This document shows positions 57,745 through 63,029 of a stretch of 63,029 nucleotides of DNA, piece by piece. The stretch's first letter is position 1; each line of letters opens with the position of its first letter. The notes under the pieces are model-generated. The model worked only from the letters and a program-made list of their open reading frames with translations, had not been told where the DNA came from and made no database searches. The position numbers and the translations under genes are program-made. Source of the DNA: Candidatus Tantalella remota (GTDB lineage: Bacteria > Omnitrophota > Gorgyraeia > Tantalellales > Tantalellaceae); the NCBI GenBank assembly GCA_030765685.1, contig JAVCCB010000085.1, positions 1 through 63,029 of the forward strand, given 5' to 3'.

Positions 57745-59364
57745 TTAATCGTGATATAGCAGGTGCCGCCGGTCGGCGACATTCTCATTGGACAGGTATT
57801 CGTCATACGTGGTGTCGGGCCGATCTATGTACCCCTTCGGCGTGATCTCGACAATGCGGTTAGCTACTGTCTGTATAAGCTGGTGGTCATGTGATGAAAA
57901 GAGAATAGTTCCTTTATACTTAGTGAGTCCTTCGTTCAATGATGAAATGGCTTCCAGGTCCAGGTGGTTTGTCGGTTCGTCCAGTATCAGGACATTGGCC
58001 TGCACAAGCATCATACGCGCCAGCATACACCTTACCTTCTCCCCTCCGGAAAGAACATTCACTTTTTTAAAAGCGTCATCTCCGGCAAAAAGCATACGGC
58101 CCAGAAACCCGCGGACAAAAGTCTTCTCCGTATTATCCGTATACTGCATAAGCCAATCCATAAGTTCCATCTCTTTTTCGAAGTAGGCTGTATTGTCTTT
58201 GGGATAATACGCGTTTTTTATCGACACGCCCCAGTTCGCGATGCCCGAGTCCGACTTGATCTCTTTCGCAAGTATCCGAAAAAGGGTCGTCTTCACCAGA
58301 TCGTTGTGCCCTACAAAAGCGACCTTATCCCCTTTTTCGATCCTGATATCCAGGTCCTTGAACATGACCTGACCCTCCTGCGACTTGGACAGGCCTTCTA
58401 TATTCAGGATACTGTTTCCGGACTCGCGTTCCTGCTCAAAGTTTATATATGGGTATTTTCTGGAAGACGGCTTTATGTCCTCAAGGGTAAGCTGCTCAAG
58501 GCTTTTTTTACGGCTGGTAGCCTGTTTTGCCTTGGAGGCATTGGCGCTGAACCGTGTTATAAAAGCCTGCAGCTCTTTGCGTTTTTCCATTATCTTTTCG
58601 TTGGCCTGGTTACGCTGGTCGATAGCAAGCTGGCTTGACTGCCTCCAAAAATTATAATTTCCTAAAAACAGCTGTATCTTACCGTAATCGATATCAGCGA
58701 TATGAGTGCAGACTTTATTAAGAAAATGCCGGTCATGAGAAATGATAATGGCGGTATTTTTGAAATTGCATAAAAACCCCTCGAGCCACACGCAGGTCTC
58801 TACATCCAGGTAGTTTGTAGGCTCATCCAACAGCAGTATATCCGGGTCCCCGAAAAGGGCTTGGGCCAGAAGCACGCGGACTTTCTGCCACCCCTCAAGC
58901 TGTTTCATTTTAACCTCGAGAAGTTCCTGCGGGATACCCACATTGCTCAGAAGTTTAGCCGCGTCGGATTCGGCGTTCCATCCGTCAATCTCGGCGAACT
59001 CCCCTTCCAGGACAGAGACTTTCATCCCGTCTTCATCGGAAAAATCCTCTTTCCCGTAAAGAGCGTCTTTCTCATCCATGATGTCATACAGGCGCTTATG
59101 CCCCATGATGACCGTATTAAGAACCGTATATTCATCAAAAGCAAACTGATCCTGCTTGAGAACTGAGATCCTTTCATCGGGAGTTACGAAGACGTCCCCG
59201 GCCGTTGTCTCCAGCTCTCCTGAGAGTATATTTAAAAACGTCGACTTGCCTGAGCCATTCGCGCCTATTAATCCGTAGCAATTACCCTTAGAAAAAGTAA
59301 TATTTACTTTGGAAAAAAGTTTACGCTTCCCAAATTGCAATGTTACATCATTAGCCTGTATCAT
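57745..59364 (-). CDS. ABC-F ATP-binding protein
   Basis: Two ABC cassettes (GANGSGKST; LSGGEK), LDEPTN twice, linker, no TM segments. Confidence 0.95.
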   Translation of the reverse strand: MIQANDVTLQFGKRKLFSKVNITFSKGNCYGLIGANGSGKSTFLNILSGELETTAGDVFVTPDERISVLKQDQFAFDEYTVLNTVIMGHKRLYDIMDEKDALYGKEDFSDEDGMKVSVLEGEFAEIDGWNAESDAAKLLSNVGIPQELLEVKMKQLEGWQKVRVLLAQALFGDPDILLLDEPTNYLDVETCVWLEGFLCNFKNTAIIISHDRHFLNKVCTHIADIDYGKIQLFLGNYNFWRQSSQLAIDQRNQANEKIMEKRKELQAFITRFSANASKAKQATSRKKSLEQLTLEDIKPSSRKYPYINFEQERESGNSILNIEGLSKSQEGQVMFKDLDIRIEKGDKVAFVGHNDLVKTTLFRILAKEIKSDSGIANWGVSIKNAYYPKDNTAYFEKEMELMDWLMQYTDNTEKTFVRGFLGRMLFAGDDAFKKVNVLSGGEKVRCMLARMMLVQANVLILDEPTNHLDLEAISSLNEGLTKYKGTILFSSHDHQLIQTVANRIVEITPKGYIDRPDTTYDEYLSNENVADRRHLLYHD

Positions 59365-59491
59365 ACCCTGCCTTGCCTATTTTTACTTGATCACCCTGTT
59401 ACTGTTTGTATTTGAATAGAAGAGCATACACAATCTTAGGGGTTTTGTAAAGGAGAACGTCCGGCGATCGTGAACTGTGAAGATATTGGGT

Positions 59492-59595
59492 AAATCCAAA
59501 ATCCTAAGCCCAAAATCCAAAGGAATCCCAAAAATCCAAAACCAAAAAAACGCCATGTTTTAGATTTAGTCATTTGGATTTTGACATTTGATTTT
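59492..59595. repeat. Heptamer-based inverted-repeat element, copy 3 (opposite orientation)
   Basis: Reverse complement CAAATGTCAAAATCCAAATGACTAAATCTAAAA...TTTTGGGCTTAGGATTTTGGATTT matches copy 1. Confidence 0.75.
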
Positions 59596-59684
59596 ATCTG
59601 GCAGGTGGTCCGTCGTCTGTGAACTATTTCCTTCCCTTCCTCCATATCGCTCAAACTTACTTCATGGTGAAGATACAAACCTTT

Positions 59685-60458
59685 TCAAATATTAAACTTA
59701 GGGAAGAGTTCCTTGATACGATCGAAGAACGGTGCTGCTTTGTCATCTCTCCCCATAGCTTCATAGCTTCTAGCAAGAAAAGACAAAACATATCTTTCCT
59801 GAAACTTGTCATGCGGGGCTTCCTGAAGTAAAGCCCAGGCTCTGGACAAATATTGCGCGGATACTTCATAATTCTTAATATGCTGGAAATAAATACGTCC
59901 CAGTTCCGCGTTCAGCTCCCATGAATCCGGATTTCTCCTTAGGCCTTCCTGCAAAAAAGCTATACTCTGGTCTACTTTTCCCAACCTGTCACATACATAA
60001 AATCCGGTTAGCACATATGCCTGTATATTATGAGGATCTATTTCCGCGGCATAATACAACCAGGGGATGATCTCTTTTACCTGATCACCATGCAGATGTA
60101 CATGTTCTGTTACATCGATCTCATCGGATAGTCGGAACAATATATTAAACGGACTTAGATCCGTAAGAATATGCTCGTCAGGACTCTCACCGATCTTGGG
60201 ATCCTGTTCGGCGATCGCGATACCCTTTTCATGTTCATCAGAGAAATGCCCGACCCCACCATGAAAATACCGATCTGCCTGAAGGATCGATAAACTGGAT
60301 ACTATAGACCTTCCTTCCCCTAAAAAACGCATAAAAACGGGAACATCAGACTCGGGATGGTCAATAGCGTAAATCTGATCATATAGATCTATCTTCACTG
60401 CCAAAAAACCCGCAATGAATAGACATACAATAGCTATAGCTATAGACTTGGCTCTCAC
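59685..60458 (-). CDS. Membrane-anchored TPR protein
   Basis: N-terminal TM, YFHGG, EIIPWL, C-terminal TPR repeats. Confidence 0.8.
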   Translation of the reverse strand: MRAKSIAIAIVCLFIAGFLAVKIDLYDQIYAIDHPESDVPVFMRFLGEGRSIVSSLSILQADRYFHGGVGHFSDEHEKGIAIAEQDPKIGESPDEHILTDLSPFNILFRLSDEIDVTEHVHLHGDQVKEIIPWLYYAAEIDPHNIQAYVLTGFYVCDRLGKVDQSIAFLQEGLRRNPDSWELNAELGRIYFQHIKNYEVSAQYLSRAWALLQEAPHDKFQERYVLSFLARSYEAMGRDDKAAPFFDRIKELFPKFNI

Positions 60459-61225
60459 AACCTTTTCCTCTCAAACATGTATCCGGAAAGATACAACAGA
60501 GCACAGCAGTAAATAACGGTATATCCTGATAAAGAAAAAACCACCCATAAAGGGAGAGGATCCCACGCGTGTGTGATCCGTGTTCTGAGGTCAAAAAATT
60601 CAAGATGTGGCAAGAAATAATAGATAGCGCCATACAAAACAGAAATGATGCCTTTGGAAAAAAGGGCGATCTCCCTCAATGAATCCGCAAGTCCCCCGAT
60701 AGAAATATACAGCAAAAAAGACAATACAATATTTGCTGACATTGTTAAAAAATTTGAAAAAAACATTACAAGAGCCGTAACCAGACAAAGAAACAAAAGT
60801 CCAAAAAGATACCCCTGCGCGAGAAGTACCAGACTTTTCCCCTCTCCTCCTGTCATATAAAACCCGGTAAAAATAGCGTAAAAGATGGTAAAAGAAAGAC
60901 CGGACACCAATACCCCGCCGAAGAACTTACCCATTATGATCGTCTGCCTGCTTAGAGGTTTTGCCAGAAGCGGATATATAGTCCTCGCCGCTATCTCGGA
61001 AGGAAGTTGCTTTGCCGTAAAAGTCACCGCTGTAATAAAAGAAAAGAACATCACCAGCGAATAGCCAAGATCCCTTACATAACGTGAGACTCCGCCTATA
61101 TCAAAAAAATTCTGATAAGATAGAAAACCGAGCAAAATAAGCATGAAGATCAATAAAACATAGAAATCTTTTTTGCGGATAAGTTCTTTTATCATCCCGC
61201 ACGCTATAGCCCACACTGCTCTCAT
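60455..61225 (-). CDS. ABC transporter permease
   Basis: RTIYPLLAKPLSR...GKFFG, YFLPHL. Confidence 0.88.
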   Translation of the reverse strand: MRAVWAIACGMIKELIRKKDFYVLLIFMLILLGFLSYQNFFDIGGVSRYVRDLGYSLVMFFSFITAVTFTAKQLPSEIAARTIYPLLAKPLSRQTIIMGKFFGGVLVSGLSFTIFYAIFTGFYMTGGEGKSLVLLAQGYLFGLLFLCLVTALVMFFSNFLTMSANIVLSFLLYISIGGLADSLREIALFSKGIISVLYGAIYYFLPHLEFFDLRTRITHAWDPLPLWVVFSLSGYTVIYCCALLYLSGYMFERKRL

Positions 61226-61962
61226 TTTTTCTCTCCTATCATCTCTAAAAAGTAGCTTTCCAAAGATTGACCTTCCTCTTTATCGCCAAGAAGTTCCCTA
61301 GCTGAACCAACCGCCAAAAGACGCCCTTTGTTTAAAATACCTATCCTGTCGGTTACCAGCTCTACCTCTGAGAGCTCATGTGAAGAAAAAAAGATCGTCT
61401 TCCCCTTTGACCGGAGATCCTGGATCACCTCTCGCATCTTTTTGCGGGCAACGGGATCCAAACCACTTGTAGGCTCATCCAGTATCAATAGATCCGGGTC
61501 ATTTATAAGTGCCTGGGCGAAACTGACTTTTTGCATCATCCCTTTAGAAAAAGTACGCATAAGCTTATTCGCGTGCTCGGGGAGGTCTACCAACTGAAGA
61601 AGTTTTTCGATCCTTTCCTTTAACACTCTTTTCGGTATTCTAAAAATGTTGCCGTACATTATCAAGAGCTCTACCGGCGTAAGATACCTGTAATAATCAG
61701 CTATTTCGGGCATATATCCCACCGCTTGACGTGTTTTTGGCGCTGACGGAGGTGATCCGAATAAAGTCAGCTCTCCCTTTTTAGGGATCAATATTCCCAA
61801 TAAAAGTTTTATAGTAGTGGTTTTTCCGGCGCCATTAGGTCCGATAAATCCAAAGATCTCTCCGCTGTTTACGGAGATATCTATCCCCTTCAGGACTTCT
61901 CTCTTTTCCTTCCCGGGAATATAAGTGTAGTGGAGATCTTTCGCAGTAAGTATTGTCTTCAT
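61222..61962 (-). CDS. ABC transporter ATP-binding protein
   Basis: GPNGAGKTT, FSKGM, LDEPTSGLDP. Confidence 0.95.
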   Translation of the reverse strand: MKTILTAKDLHYTYIPGKEKREVLKGIDISVNSGEIFGFIGPNGAGKTTTIKLLLGILIPKKGELTLFGSPPSAPKTRQAVGYMPEIADYYRYLTPVELLIMYGNIFRIPKRVLKERIEKLLQLVDLPEHANKLMRTFSKGMMQKVSFAQALINDPDLLILDEPTSGLDPVARKKMREVIQDLRSKGKTIFFSSHELSEVELVTDRIGILNKGRLLAVGSARELLGDKEEGQSLESYFLEMIGEKK

Positions 61963-62026
61963 ATATCATTCCTTTTCTCGCGCTCGAGAAACAGACCCTC
62001 TTAGCTTATCACATATCTCTTCATTT

Positions 62027-62495
62027 TCAACAGCAAATCTTGGGTGTTTTCGAAAAAGACATTTCATCCAACTTATTTATTTTAACTTTATATAAAACAA
62101 ATTTTTCTGACATTTGGTCTTCAAAAAGCTTCTGCTCCTTACCACTATGGATTGATTCTACAATATGTTTTGTAGTAATATCTGTCCTTTTTCGTTCTAT
62201 ATCTTCCCTCATACTATCATGAACAGACCCTTCTTCCATTATCTCTACTGTACCATTTATCTTATAACATCTTAGACGTTTCTCATCCAGCAAAGATATA
62301 GAAACCTTGGGGTTTTGTTTTAGATTTTCTCATATCTTCCAGGCAGGATAATCAAAAATATACAAGTAATCATCTTCAATTTTTATCAATAATTTGCACG
62401 CACCATTAGGATCCCTCCCGCAAATCACTTGTCGAAACGGACACAAAAATGTATTTTCCCCTTTTCAATATTGTTCCAATTTTTTCAAGTAACAT
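62027..62495 (-). pseudogene. Pyridoxamine 5'-phosphate oxidase-like (split barrel) pseudogene
   Basis: MLLEKIGTILKRGKYIFVSVSTSDL, frameshift, PNGACKLLIKIEDDYLYIFDY..WKI*ENLKQNPKVSIS...YKINGTVEI. Confidence 0.75.
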
Positions 62496-62499
62496 AGCT

Positions 62500-63029
62500 T
62501 TATCCTACCCCCTTAACGGCCCCTACCACAACAAATCCGCCTTTTCCATAGTCTTCTCGCGGCTTCTCAACAACACTTAATTTGTCGGGATAATCGAATA
62601 TCGTCTGATAATATGAAAATTCACAGAATCCCGCCGTTTTAAGTATTTGTGCAACTTCTTTAATATCAAAAAAACGGGCATAACCATAAAAGACACTTCC
62701 CCTTTTCTGATAAAACTTGCCTAGAAAACTTTCTTTATCTACTATGCCTATGACAATCGTTCCGTTTGGTTTTAATACTCTAGCTGCTTCAGTTATAACT
62801 TTCTCAGGATCCCGCACAAAACATAGTGTGACAATTATAGCCACATAATCAAACGTGGAGTCCTTAAATGAAAGTTCTTCTCCCGTTCCTACGGCGGCAT
62901 CTACCCCTCTTTCTCTGGCGAGTTCAACCATTTTCTTTGACGGGTCAATCCCCTTAGCAATGCCCAGGGGGGCGGCGAACCTTCCTGAACCAACACCGAT
63001 CTCCAAGCCATACCCTTCTTCCGGAAGAA
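62500..63029 (-). CDS. Class I SAM-dependent methyltransferase (5' end outside window)
   Basis: GLEIGVGSGRF...GIDPS...LCFV...EAARVLKPNG; frame open to the window edge. Confidence 0.9.
   Translation of the reverse strand, partial: LPEEGYGLEIGVGSGRFAAPLGIAKGIDPSKKMVELARERGVDAAVGTGEELSFKDSTFDYVAIIVTLCFVRDPEKVITEAARVLKPNGTIVIGIVDKESFLGKFYQKRGSVFYGYARFFDIKEVAQILKTAGFCEFSYYQTIFDYPDKLSVVEKPREDYGKGGFVVVGAVKGVG

Noticed and set aside
59436-59678. 80-aa ORF containing QIKSNVKIQMTKSK...FGFLGFLWILGLGFWI
   Set aside because: Translation of the heptamer repeat element, not a protein.
62310-62340. In-frame TGA as possible selenocysteine or recoding
   Set aside because: The position likely corresponds to a Trp (W-ENLK), and the gene also has a frameshift, so nonsense decay is simpler.

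Overview
Bacterial chromosomal segment from what looks like an anaerobe. The gene content and palindromic repeat families suggest Omnitrophota/PVC-like, but that is inference. No rRNA, tRNA, CRISPR array or intact transposase was seen. From left to right: a TPP riboswitch with unusual insertions upstream of a thiE-like gene cut by the window edge; two tandem Tes/GDGT-MAS(MJ0619)-like radical SAM genes; tex and a double-domain thyX; a deletion scar where an Ech hydrogenase operon has collapsed to an echA'-'echF fusion plus hypA; a ~10 kb minus-strand O2/NO defence island (Rrf2, Ogg, half-ferritins, TrxB, Grx, rubrerythrins, Dfx, FprA, frameshifted ferritin, rubredoxin, hcp); an ArsR-MMPL-LolA-like-OM barrel-DUF2892 operon; tpx, DUF1622, DUF1846, a PurF-like gene lacking Cys1, carB, larBE, trkAH, a Rossmann-fold histidine kinase module, a truncated mscS, housekeeping genes (DEAD helicase, THUMP methylase, csp, typA, ABC-F), and two further pseudogenes. 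Non-coding highlights are a three-site shared promoter/operator motif, at least four families of dispersed palindromic or short-period inverted-repeat elements (one inserted inside the riboswitch aptamer), and terminator-containing leaders upstream of carB and typA.
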